From: Octopus vulgaris
Lineage: Eukaryota
Length of the DNA stretch: 64,000 nt
Assembly (NCBI GenBank): GCA_951406725.2
Contig: OX597823.1
Span: 24,180,001 to 24,244,000 of the forward strand
Direction of reading: 5' to 3'
A model generated the notes under the pieces. The model was not told the DNA's origin. It saw nothing but the letters and a program-made list of their open reading frames with translations, and did no database searches. Shown here in pieces: positions 13,084 through 26,041 of the stretch (its first letter is position 1; each line of letters starts with the position of its first letter). The translations under genes were made by a program, and so were the position numbers.

Positions 13084-16000
13084 GATCAATTACTAATTGA
13101 TGAGACTATCCTGGCTGATTGCAAGAAGAGAGACAAAAATTTGGTGATGGAATGAATGGGCTACAGGAAAGCATATGACATGGTCCCACACTGGTGGATA
13201 ATTGGATGCCTTAAACTACTTAAGGTCTCACACAATATCCTGAAGTTTATACAAAACTCAATGACAATATGGCAAATTGTACTCACGGCATGGGGAGATA
13301 AGCTGGGAGAGGTAAATATCAAAAGAGGAATCTTTCAAGGGGACAGTCTGTCGTCATTCCTATTTGTTGTCTGCATGCTGCCACTAATGAACTTTTTAAG
13401 AAAGACGTACATAGGGTACATGCTAGGCAGTGTGAAAGTAAACAACCTGTGATTTATGGATGACCTAAAGCTATTCACTAAGACTGAGAAAAAAATTGAT
13501 AGTTTGACAGCAACTGTGCAGATGATTAGCAAAGATATTGGCATGGAATTTGGGATCGAGAAATGTGGTGTAATGATTCTCAAAAAGGGGAAAATCAGTA
13601 AAAACCATGGGATCAAACTGGAAAGTGGTGAAACTATAAAGGAAGTCGGAGAGGAAGGATATGAGTACCTGGGTATTATTGAAAGAGATGAGATGAATAA
13701 ACACTAGATGAAAGAAATGTACTGGAAAGAGTATTTGAGAACTCGGCTTGTGTTCCAATCGAAGCTAAATGGGCGCTATAAGATTAAAGCAATTAACACA
13801 TGAGCTCTTGCTTTGATGAAATATGGGGCAAGAGTAGTATCTTGGAAGAAGCATGAATTACAAGAGATAGACCAGAGAACATGTAAATTATTGACAATGA
13901 ACAAAGAACTACACCCCAAGAGTGATGTATCAAGATTGTATGTAAAGAGGAAGGAAGGAGGACAGGAATTAGTGCGTTGTGAAGGTTGTGTAAGGGACGA
14001 GGAGAATATCTTGGCTTGGTATGTCAAGGATAAAAAAGAACTGATTGAATCAGTGAAAATGCAAGGAAACTTAAAAGTGAATGAAGCTGTAGATCCAACA
14101 CAATTTAAGAAAGACCAGAGAGAGCAGATGAAGGAAATTTGGCAAGACAAGAAAATACACAGTCAGTTCTTGAAGAATAAAGATGAGATTGACCGGAATC
14201 GAACATGGCAATGGCTGCAGAAAAGAGGCTTAAAAGGGCCCAATGAGGCGGCATTAGTGTGCAGCATTCAAGAACAAACTCTCAGAGCAAGCTACTCCAA
14301 ATATCACATTGATAAAAGCCCTGACTCACCACAGAGTAGGATGTGTCCTGAGAAGGGAGAAAGTATAAGCCATATTGTTAGTGAGTGCAGTAAGCTCACA
14401 CAATACCAATATAAAAGGAGACATGACAGTGTGGCCAGATATGTCCACTGGCTGCTGTACGGTAAAGCAAACCTTGAGAGAGCCGAACAAAGTTATGAAC
14501 ACAAGCCAGAGGGAGTAATGGAAAATGAACATTGCAAAATACTCTGAGATTTTAACATGCAGTGCAATCAAGTCACAGAGGCGAGACAACCAGATATCGT
14601 GCTCATCCATAAAGATAAAAAAGAAGTAAAGATAATAGATGTTGCAATACCAGGCGATTCGAGGGTGAAACGTAAAGAAATAGAAAAGATTGATAAATAC
14701 CAGCCACTGCAGGACGAGATAGGAAAGTTATGGGGCACGAGGAAAGTAATGGTGATACTGGTGGTAATTGGAGTATTAGGGGCAGTTTCCAAGAGCATTG
14801 AAAAACATATTAAGACTGTTGGAGCTGCTGTCAGGCTCAAGGTGCTCCAGAATACAGCATTGTTGGGTACAGCTTGGTAATACCTTCACAGAGAACTATA
14901 CAAAGTTGCAGAAAGAGTGTGGAGAGGAGTGTATGAACCAGATTCAAATGTACAAGTAGTTCAAACGTTTCCAAGATAGTCAACAAAATGTCAGCAGTGA
15001 CACACATTCTCAGAGACACCCAAAATGCAGAACTGAGGAAAATATCACTGATATGTGTACAGCTGTTCACAAAAACCATTGAATTACCATGTGTGAATTG
15101 TCACAGGATGTGAATATTTGTTACAGTTCAGTTCAGTCCATTCTTACTTAAGATTTGGCTACAAGACATGTGTCTGCCAAGCTTGTGCTGAAACTGCTTT
15201 CAGTTGCAATAACTTTTCTCCAATCACAACTTTTCCCACACCCCCAGTTTGTCAACCACCATATTCCCCAGATCTTGCCCATTGCAACTTTTTCCTCTTT
15301 CCAGGAATCAAATCCCACTTGATAGCAACAAGATTTAAAGATATCAAGGAAATTCAAGAGAATGTAATGTGGCAGATCCTTTATATCCAGAAAAAGGAGT
15401 TCTAGGAATGTTTCCATTGATGGAAATGATGCTTGATAAAGTGTGTAGCTTTAGAATGGAGCTACTTTGAAGGAGATTAAATGCCAAATTTATTAGTGTT
15501 GTAGTTTTCTTTTTATAGCACCAGTCTTGATAAGTTTTGATCAGATCTCAAACTTTAAAAATGCACATGAGGTCTTTATCAAAGTGAAAACTCCCTCTCA
15601 TTAGACATTTCAGGCTCACTCATAATCAACTTCTTTTTCTGTAGCTACTAGACAGCACACTGCTTTCTCCACCCAGCAACAGGAAAGTGTGGGGCAGTTA
15701 TCATGATAGATTTGACTGACAGTCAGATCCATCCTCCATACAATAGCAGGTGCTCTGCATAACTCCACAAGTCATCAATGACTGAACAATAATTAGTGCT
15801 TGGAAAATGATTTCATTGCATTGCACACATCTCAGACATGCCTGTCTGATATCATTTTCATGTTTTATTTTGTACCATTGTAGCTCTTTAGTAGTTCTAC
15901 AAAGCCAAGGACTTCAGGAAATTGTTTATCTGTCAATACGTGTTTATCCTTTGAACTAACTAAAGAAAGTGGAAAATGTTACTTATTAATGGAAAATGCA

Positions 16001-19000
16001 GCTTCCTCCAAGAAATTAAAGCCAAACGCAAACAAAAAGATATTTGAAACAATCTTGCTATTTCTTTATTTCATCATTGCCCAGTGCAACCTGAGAATAT
16101 CAGTGCACTAAGCTTCAATTGAAGAGTAGGACATCAAGCAATTCTATTGCCCATGTCAGATTTGATCCAGTATAATATATCTTTTGAAATCCTTAGGATT
16201 TCATTAGATAATGTGAAATACTCTTTTTAAAGTTGGTTAGGAGTGATTGAGGGAGGTTTTGTTTCTATTTTTAACATGCTAGGTACCTACAAAGACCCTT
16301 CTACACTGGCTGATCCACATTGAATTTTGAACATAATATCGCATGTCACAGCTTATTCTCTGGCATATTCTTTTGCCTATTTCAACATTACCATCTAGCC
16401 CTTCAGGTAGTCATGGCAATGGTGGCAAACAACACTTGGTCAGTGTTGATATATATCACAATAATAAACACTTGCATTGACCGACAGAAGTTCAGAATGG
16501 GCATAGAGCACATTAATCTCAAAAGTGTAGGAGGGAGGGTGGTATGAGAATTTCATGATGTCACTGTTATTGTCATGACTGACTTATTAAAAAATATAAA
16601 TACCACTTCATTGTAATCAATTATGTATTCTTTTGTTTAGGTACATGGCCAAACATAATTAGGGAAAGCAATAAAATTGTGTGATGTTCATATTGTTCTC
16701 TTTACAGTCTGTGTAAAGTGAACTGATGGAAACTGAGAAGGAAACCCAGATCATTAACTCACACCACTCAATCTTTGTTTATACTAAAAGAATAACTAGA
16801 GCAAAATACTCAGGGTCAATTCCTGCATAGAAAACAAATAGTAAAGTGGCTATGTACAGTAATAAGATATTATGATTAATTTTACAACCCTCAGTGGGTT
16901 GTAAAATCATTATTTTAAGAACTTATTCTGGTCATGAAATTCAGAAATGATAACCTTGTAAAGATAATTACTGGGGTTTTTTTTTTTCATTAAATGTGTA
17001 ATTCTGATGAAATATGATTTCTTAGCTTGCTAACATTAAGTTTTGAGTGTCCACATTACAACATATTTATATTTATTCACTGAATGATGATGATGAAAGG
17101 GAAATTACTTCAGTTTTCTCAAGCATAACATTGTAAAATATTAAAGTGATGGTTTATAGTCCTTGCCATTACTAGGCACATTTACATTCTGGGTTTAAAT
17201 TCCATTCCTTTACATCCTGAGCTTAAATCTCAATGGGATGTACTTTTCCTTTCGTACTTCTGAGGTTGATAAAACAAGCTGTATTCAAGTACTGAAGTAT
17301 CCTCACTGAAGAATGTATGGTTTTGTGCTTAAGATAGAAACCACTATCATTAATATCTGTAACTTCAACAATAATTATAATTGTACTTGTTCTTAAAGGT
17401 CATGCATTGACAGAATCATTAGAGCACCAGATAAAATGTGTTGTGGTATTTTGAGCACTTTCAATTCTAAGTTCAAATCCTGCTGATATTAACTCTACCC
17501 TTCCAGGGCCAATTAAAATACAATGCCAGTCAAACATTGGGGCCAATTTAATTGAAAATTAAAGATATGGGCTCATATCTGTATTAGAAATTACTATTAT
17601 TGTTGTTGTTCTTATATTTCATTGGTCTAAATTTTATTTTGAATCTAGATACTAAGAACCAATTTATGAAAATAAAAGATGCATTTCTGGATGTACCCAA
17701 CAAAATATTGGTGGACAAGGAAAATGTAACAGTGGAAGCCTGTATAGGAAAATGTTTATCTGTCAATACTTGTTTATCCTTTGAACTAACTAAAGAAAGT
17801 GGAAAATGTTACTTATTAATGGAAAATGCAGCTTCCTCCAAGAAATTAAAGCCAAACGCAAACAAAAATTACTACCAACGAATTAACCGTAAATATTTTT
17901 TGTGTTTTATTATTGGAATTCTCTTCCCAATTTTTTTCTGAAATTTATGATTCCTGGTAAAGACCTCATCATCTTTTTTGAAATTTCACTTTTAAAGGTA
18001 GGTGATGGTGGAGGAGGTACTGTCCTTGTGTGAATTTATATATAGGTGGATGGAAGTGGCAAAAATGGCAAGAATAGATGGCACCACTATAAGTGTAGTT
18101 TTGTGAGTCAGAGAACAGGAATTGGAGTGGCACTCACCCTAAGTGCTCAGGGAGATCTTGAATGGTGAGCTTCCTTGATTGACTCCAGATGTCCTCCTGC
18201 ATCAAGAGAGTCATGACTATTATCCCAGTCTTTCTAGTGATGTATACTTTTTTCTTTTCTTATACTGTATACTATGAATATTTACTACATTTTTTTTACC
18301 ATTATATTCTACGTTAATCACCACACTTTATGTCCATCTTTGTGTTATTCCCACATCCATCACCCTGAAGGCAAATAAAAGAAATTGTTCTTCTTTTACA
18401 GATCTTTTGAAAATATAATAATTATGTAGAAGTAGCATGTAAATGAAATTTTAAATAAAATATGATGAAGCCATCTGATGCATTGTTTTATAAAGGGATA
18501 ATCTATATATATAAAACTGAGAATGTGTGTCTGTCAGTCTGTATGAATCCCTAAAACTTCAGAACTACTCAACCAATTTCATTCAAATTTTACACATGCC
18601 TTACTTAGGGTCCATGTAGTGTCATGGGCAAAAAGGTTTTAACTTTTTGCCTAGGGCGAGCCCACAGCAATATCATATCTTCTCCACTATTTCAGTATTA
18701 CATGTCAAAAGTGAAGCAAAAACATCTCTCTATTGTAATGTCAAATGCTTTCACTTTAATACTTTCATTTTAATATTGAAACTATTAAAGTGAAACTTAT
18801 ATAACAGGGATGAACTGTAACTGGCCGTCCATTCTGCTAGAAGAAGATCACCTATGGCCTTATATGCTACACCACGGGTTTTAAATTCATATTTATCAAA
18901 TTAATATTCAATTTTTCACCCTTATTTTAAATTTAAATTTACATGTATATATATATACTGGAGTAAGCACATAAATGTGAAACAAGGTGGAAAAAAGAGT

Positions 19001-22000
19001 ACTCAAATACCAGAGGTAGAGTAATATGCTTTATTTAAAAGCAGCAGAAATATAACAAAAGCTGTTACTTGAAGTTTCATGTTCCCGTTCGTCGGACAGT
19101 TTTGTTAAAATAGAACCAAAATAACATTTTGATCAAAACTAGCTAAAGGATACACCTTTAAAAATGGATTTGTTTCATTGGTCCTTTCAAATAACGGTCT
19201 TAGGCAAGCGATAAACAAAAATAAATGAGTTCGATATAAATTATAAAAATCAAGGAAAAACCTTAAATTGAAGAGTTGATTCAAATACATATTGTCATCA
19301 ATTATATAGAAAATATAATTCGAATTAATACATAAAAATTAGAATTAAAATATATTAAAATATTTCACAACAGTATATACTCATACTAAACCATCAATAT
19401 ACATATATACATCAGAATACACAGATAGATGTACACAGACCACATACATATACAGACATATAAATGCAAAATGAAAATATACACACAAATACATGTACAC
19501 ATATGTATATGCAATCTTGCTCGCATGCAAAAATCACTTGGTGTATACATATAGACTAGAAGTAAAACGCAGAGAGGGGGAAGAAAAGAAAACGATCTTA
19601 TAAACAACAGAAAGCTAAAGATATGAGTAAGAGAAGAGGAGAGTTACAGGACTCTATACAAGTAACAAATAGGGAGAGAAGAAAATAACGAAAGAAAGGA
19701 AGAAAGAAATATATATATATATAGATGTATAAATATAGATGCGTATATATATATAGATGTATACATATAGATGTGTATATATATCTAGATGTATATGTAT
19801 ACATGTATATGTATAGATGTATTTATATAGATATAGATATGTATACATGTATGTGTAGATGTATATATATATATATAGATATACATGTAATATGTACACA
19901 TATATACATGCATACATATATACACCCATACACACATACCCCCTACATACACACACACATGCACACACATACATAGGTGCAGGTGTGGCTGTGTGGTAAC
20001 AAACTAGGTTCCAAAACACATAGTCCTCAGTTCAGTGATAACTTGGCATTTGTCTTCTGCTATAGCCTCAGACCAACCAAAGCCTTGTCAGTGGATTTTG
20101 TAGACAGAAACTGAAAGAAATCACGCCACATTCTAGGGAGAAAAACTAGAAGTAGTTGATAGCTTCCATTACCTAGGTGACCAAGTCAGTAGCGGGGGTG
20201 GGTGTGCTGAAAGTGTAACTGTTAGAGTAAGAATAGCCTCGGCAAAGTTCAGAGAGCTCTTACCTCTGCTGGTGACAAAAGGCCTCTCACTCAGAGTAAA
20301 TGGCAGACTGTATGATGCATGTGTACGAACAGCCATGCTACATGGCAGTGAAATATGGGCCGTGACTACTGAGGACATGCGTAAGCTCACAAGGAATGAA
20401 GCCAGTATGCTCCGATGGATGTGTATACATACTCAACAGGAGGGAACCTGTGGAAGAGGTAGACCCAGGAAAACCTGGGACGAGGTGGTGAAGCATGACC
20501 TTTGAACATTAGGTCTCACCGAGGCAATGACTAGTGACTGAGACCTTTTGGAAATATGCTGTGCATGAGAAGACCCAGCAACACAAGTGAGACCATAACC
20601 CGTGGCCTTTTCCAAGGAATGTAGCCAGCCGACTTATGTGTACCTTTCCTTCTTTGGTCACAAAACTCTGCTTGCGAAAACCTGTTGAAGCAAGTGAATT
20701 CGAAATCGAACCAAATCCGACAACTGGCACCCATGCCAACCTCCCTTCATTGGACACTAAACTCTGCTTGTGAAGACCTGTTGGAGCAAGTGAAATCGAA
20801 ATTAAATCAAATTCGATGACTGGCACCCGTGCCAGTGGAGTGCTAACAACTCCATCCGAGCGGGACTACTGCCAGAGCAGCTGTCTGGCTTCCATGCCGG
20901 TGGGCACGTAAAAAGCACCTTTTATAGCATGATCGTTACCAGTGTCGCCTTACTGGTACTTGTGCCGGTGGCATGTGAATGAGACATTTGAGCGAGGTCA
21001 TTGCCTGTGCTGCTGGACTGACTTCTGTGCAAGTGGAAAGTAAAGAAACACCGTTTTGACTCTGTGCTTGAGGAGCGCTATTGAGTCAAGTACATCAACA
21101 TCAAAGAATCAAATGGAAATTATAGCTGTGATACCTGTGCCGGTGGCATGTAAAAAGCAAGCATGATTTGAATGTGACTGATGCAAGTGCCGACTTCACT
21201 GGCTTCCGTTCCGGTGGCACGTAAAAAGCACCAACCGATCGTGGCCGTTGCCAGCCATGTCTGGCAACTGTGCTGGTGGCACGTAAAAAGCACCCACTAC
21301 ACTCATGGAGTGGTTGGCGTTAGGAAGGTCATCCAGCTGTAGAAACACTACCAGATCAGAGTTGAGCCTGGTGCAGCCTCCTGGCTTCCCAGACCCCAGT
21401 TGAACCATCCAACCCATGCTAGCATGGAATACAGACATTAAACGATGAGGATGATGATGTATGTATATATGTAAGTCTATGTGTGTGTCTTTGTGTTTCG
21501 CCCTCATCACTGCTTCACAACTGCTGTTCATTTATTTACATCCCCATAACTTACTGGTTTCCCAAGAACAAACTAATACAATAAGTACCAGGCTTATCAA
21601 CATAAAAAAGCACTCGGCTGTGTCTCATATTTTTGTTTGCCCACTCAGTTGTATCTATCAATTTATCTTTGTGTGTGTGTGTATATATATATCTATATAT
21701 ATACAAAAAATTAGAAAAAAACACCTTCTATCAATTGAAAATGAACAATTGAATTACACCATCTAGAAAATTATATATAATAGAAATATTAAAATTAAAA
21801 TAACAATGAAATACCAATGATGAAGTAAATTGCAAAAAAAAATAATAAAAACGTATTGCAATTTACGTAATCATTGGTATTTTATTGTTATTTTAATTTC
21901 AATATTTCTATTATATGTAATTTTCTAGATGGTGTAATTTAATTGTTCATTTTGAATTGATAAAAGGTGTTTTTTTCTAATTTTTTATATATATATATAT

Positions 22001-23620
22001 ATATATTATATTGTGTGAAACTTGATTTAGTATTTCTAAATTGAATTTTTTCCCTGTAAGTTTGGATTAATATTCCCTCAAATAATTATTATATATATAT
22101 ATATAACACCCTAATGGGGGCCTTAACTCCCAAATTTTAGTCATTTCTTTTATGATCCAAAACTACATCAAATGTACTGAATGGATCTTTATGAAATTTG
22201 GAAATTATATTCTATGCATAAGGGCCATAACCACCATGACAATTCATATATTTTTCCTGTTGATGAAATTTTTACCATAGATATTAGACACAAATGAATA
22301 TTTATACAATTTCAATTTCTTACAAATCAGAAAGACCCCTCCATTGGGACTTAACACCCACAATTTTGTCATTTTATCTAAGCAAGGACAAATACAGTTG
22401 TGCTCTTGGAAGCTGTAGGGTTACCCGAGCATAAAAGATGAGCATTATTTCTAATTCAATGGTACAACAGTGTAACAGTTTGCTTTGACATACACTTACA
22501 TTGTGATTTCTTCAATGTGGTGCATAAATTGTCAAGTAAATGAGAGGCATCTTTGCCTCTACTGATTCAGTTGCAAAGTGTTGAATAAAGTTATTTAATT
22601 GCAGACCTCCTTTCAGTCTTTTATTATCAGTGGGTCACGCATAGTCCCCAAATGGTAACATTGATTTCAAGGCCTCCCCAGATGAGTGACTGCTTATTCA
22701 AAGACATTTATAGATTGTAAATTTATTCTGTCCAGTTATGTATCAGTATAGTAGTCATTTGCAATCTCCAGAGGTGACACTTTCATTTCTCCTTAGCCCT
22801 CACATCACACAGTTGTTAATGTTTATTTCAGTTGGGTCATGCCCTTGCAATTGCTATAGATTCGTATTGCATCTTACGGCTGTGCCTGTCACCTGGATGG
22901 TGAGGAATCCATTATTGGGAGTGGTAACGACTAGGGTAGCTGACTGCTTATTGTGATCATTTGTCTTTTGGTTTCCAGTAGTTTTGCTCTCTTTTACAAA
23001 CCCAGTGAACATATATTTCCTATTTCAAAGAAATTCAAACAATAGATATAAGACCCAAGTTAAAAAGATTCTCAACAATTCAACTTCTCTGCTTGACATT
23101 AAGACACCCACCCCCAACAGGGGCCTTAACTCTCACATTTTAGATCTCCATGACCTTCATTTTTCAGGAGTAAAATCCTTTTAACAGGTTCAATAAGACT
23201 GGAATTTTGGAATATGTGCATAAAAATCAGTAGTATGGGATACATGTGGCACGATTACAATTTTTTTAGGGTGGGTAAAGTGGGAAATAACCCTCATCTG
23301 CAATTTTGATGAAATGCGAAACATAGATATTCCAGTTCATTACAGAAAATATAACAGAAAAGTCTAATTCTTCAATTGCATGTAACACGAGCAATGCTGG
23401 GTATCTCTGCTAATTTATTATAAAAACACAATCTGATCAAAAATTTTTTACGATAAGATGCCTTCCCAGAATTTATGTGAATTTTAATACATCATGAAAG
23501 ATAGTCAAAACGTCATCTGAATGTTTAGGATGTAGATAATCCAATTGTATATCACTCTTCTAATGGTTTGCTTTTGTTTAATATTAAGTAACCCATGCTA
23601 GCATGGAAAACGGACGCTAA

Positions 23621-23652
<32 letters not shown>

Positions 23653-25976
23653 CACTTGACACTTGTTTAAGGGGGCATTGACCCTAAAAAATTTATACCA
23701 TTAAAGAAGAGATGAACAAATGAATTAACTGCAGCCTAAATATTGAGACAAGGTTTCCAATAAGTTTGAAGAAGTTCTACTACTCACATGAATTATGATT
23801 AGGGTATCATTTTGTTGATGAATTATTTGCTTATTATAAACTTGTAGTATCGCCCGGTGTTGCTCGGGTTTGTAAGGGAAATAACTATATCAGCATTTTT
23901 AGAGATGTAAAGTATAATAGTCATCTCAATATGGCTAACCACAAGGGGGGGGTTGCTGAAGCTTGTTACGTTCGGAGATTTAATAATAAATTTTTAGAGA
24001 GTTACTTCCCTTATATATGCCGAAAATGCATTAAAAATGGGAAAAATTGATGGTAAATTTTTTTTTAAATCGTAGACTCATCGTAGATGCACGCTAATAC
24101 CCAGAAGGGCTCGATATGAATCACAACTATAAGATACTCGGTTTTGGTTAAACTGCACCGCAAAGTGTGGGAGTAGTTAGGAATCTAAATCGTAGGAGAC
24201 AGACAGCACACAACCTCACTTTTATATATAAAGATTATCTATTTAAAAAAAAATTATGCACCATGTGCTTTGCAATGTTTAATGTTGTATGTTTTGTGTG
24301 TGCATAAAATGTACTTCTTGTTTCCTTTTTTTACCATCCAGCCAATGAAGAGCATATTATGCTTAAAAAAGTTAGTATACCTGGGCGAGATATTCTAGGA
24401 GTGCTTCCTAATGTGAACTTAAAGGAGTGTAATAAAGCTTGTCATCAATATCCAGGATGCAATTCTTATGCATATGATGAGAAAGGAAAGGTCTGTAGCC
24501 TGAGTGATGTTAGTCAGTTGACTGGTGTACTTAAACCCAAGAATGTAAATGCAGACATTTACATCATTAACCCAGGTCAGTAGAATATTTCCATCTTATT
24601 TATTGTCTGCATGTCTGTGTGTGTATGTATATACACATATGAATGTAGTTTGCAATCTCTTATTTGACTCTGTATTTGACAAAGCATATTTATATTGAGT
24701 TCTAACACCAGATTATTAATATCACTATACCTTAGTGAAAAAGGAAAATACATACATATGTGTGTGTGTACATCCATATATGTATGTATGTGTATGTATG
24801 TATATATAATATAAATTAGAGAAAAACCACTATTATGCAATTCAAACAATGATAGACATAAACCAAATCATAAATAAAAAGTAAAATATATTTTTTAAAA
24901 CATAAAACTAGATCACAAAAAGAACAAAAATGAATAAACAATATATAGTAAGTAAAAAAAACTACGTATGTTACATGGCTATAATTTAAATTCCAATTCC
25001 AATTAAATTTAAATTTAATTGAAAAACAATTCAATTTAAAATTATAGTCACTCTCCAGGTTAACAATAATAACTATAATTACTAAATAAATAAGCAAAGA
25101 GAATTAAACAATATTTCTTAAAGAAATAAAATCATGATATTTCTTATAGAAAAAACTCCATTAACTAAATTTGAAACTTAAAACATTAGGACCAGTTGCC
25201 AACTATACATTTATTATGTTAAATATTTAAGGTAAAAAAATAGAGTAAATAGATAGAAAAAGGTATTTATCTGTGAAGATATAATTTAGCTTAATAAAAA
25301 ACATTAATAAACTATAGAATATCTTTAACCTATACTCTAATATTTCATTCACTGTGATCACCATGACTGACCAGGCTATCAGATGTTGCTACACATCGCT
25401 GGTCACAATGTGCTTTGCATTGTTTTAGCCTTCAAATGATGCCACCCCGCTGGCTAAGTGAGCAGGCCAACAGAAGAAAGAGTGAGAGAAAGTTGTGGCG
25501 AAAGAGTACAGCAGGGATCGCCACCACCCCATGCAGGAGCCTCATTGAGCTTTAGGTGTTTTCACTCAATAAACATTCACAACGCCCCGTCTGGGAATTG
25601 AAACTGCAATTCTATGACCATGAGTTCGCTGCCCTAACCACTGGGCCATTGCGCCTCCACAATATTTAATTACTAAACTATTTTACAAAACAATCACTCT
25701 TAATATTTTTAGATTTTAATTCACATATAATAATTATAAAATAATAAATTTATATAAAAGTACGTATCTAAATTATAATCAACAAATATAGTAATTAAAA
25801 ATCCATATTTTTTCAATCAATAAACATATAAATAAATAGATAAATTACTCCATTATTACTTAAATAAATATTATAGATATCATTCCAAAAATATTTATGA
25901 AATAAAAAGAGTAAAAACATATAATTTATCGTTTATAAAATTATTTGTGTAAAAAGTTCTTCTTCTTCTTCTTCTT

Positions 25977-26041
<65 letters not shown>

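Larger units (their letters stand above)
18502..23413 (+). mobile_element. Helitron-like element probably interrupted by nested insertions
   Basis: 5' A|TCTATATATATAAAACTGAGAATGTG; 3'-like ACACGAGCAATGCTGGGTATCTCTGCTAA|T; internal repeats (GGCCTTAACTCCC..ATTTT) near 22115, 22350 and 23120. Pairing the two ends is inferred. Confidence 0.5.

Noticed and set aside
20890-21300. Repeat-spacer-like array of TGCCGGTGGCACGTAAAAAGCACC (about 5 copies), superficially CRISPR-like
   Set aside because: Spacing is irregular, repeats are degenerate, the context is eukaryotic and no cas genes are present. It is the 3' UTR of an RTE/SINE family that recurs at about 40230-40340 and 56840-57000.
25580-25660. 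tRNA-like sequence on the minus strand
   Set aside because: A and B boxes are present but it continues into a SINE body; not a convincing cloverleaf tRNA gene.
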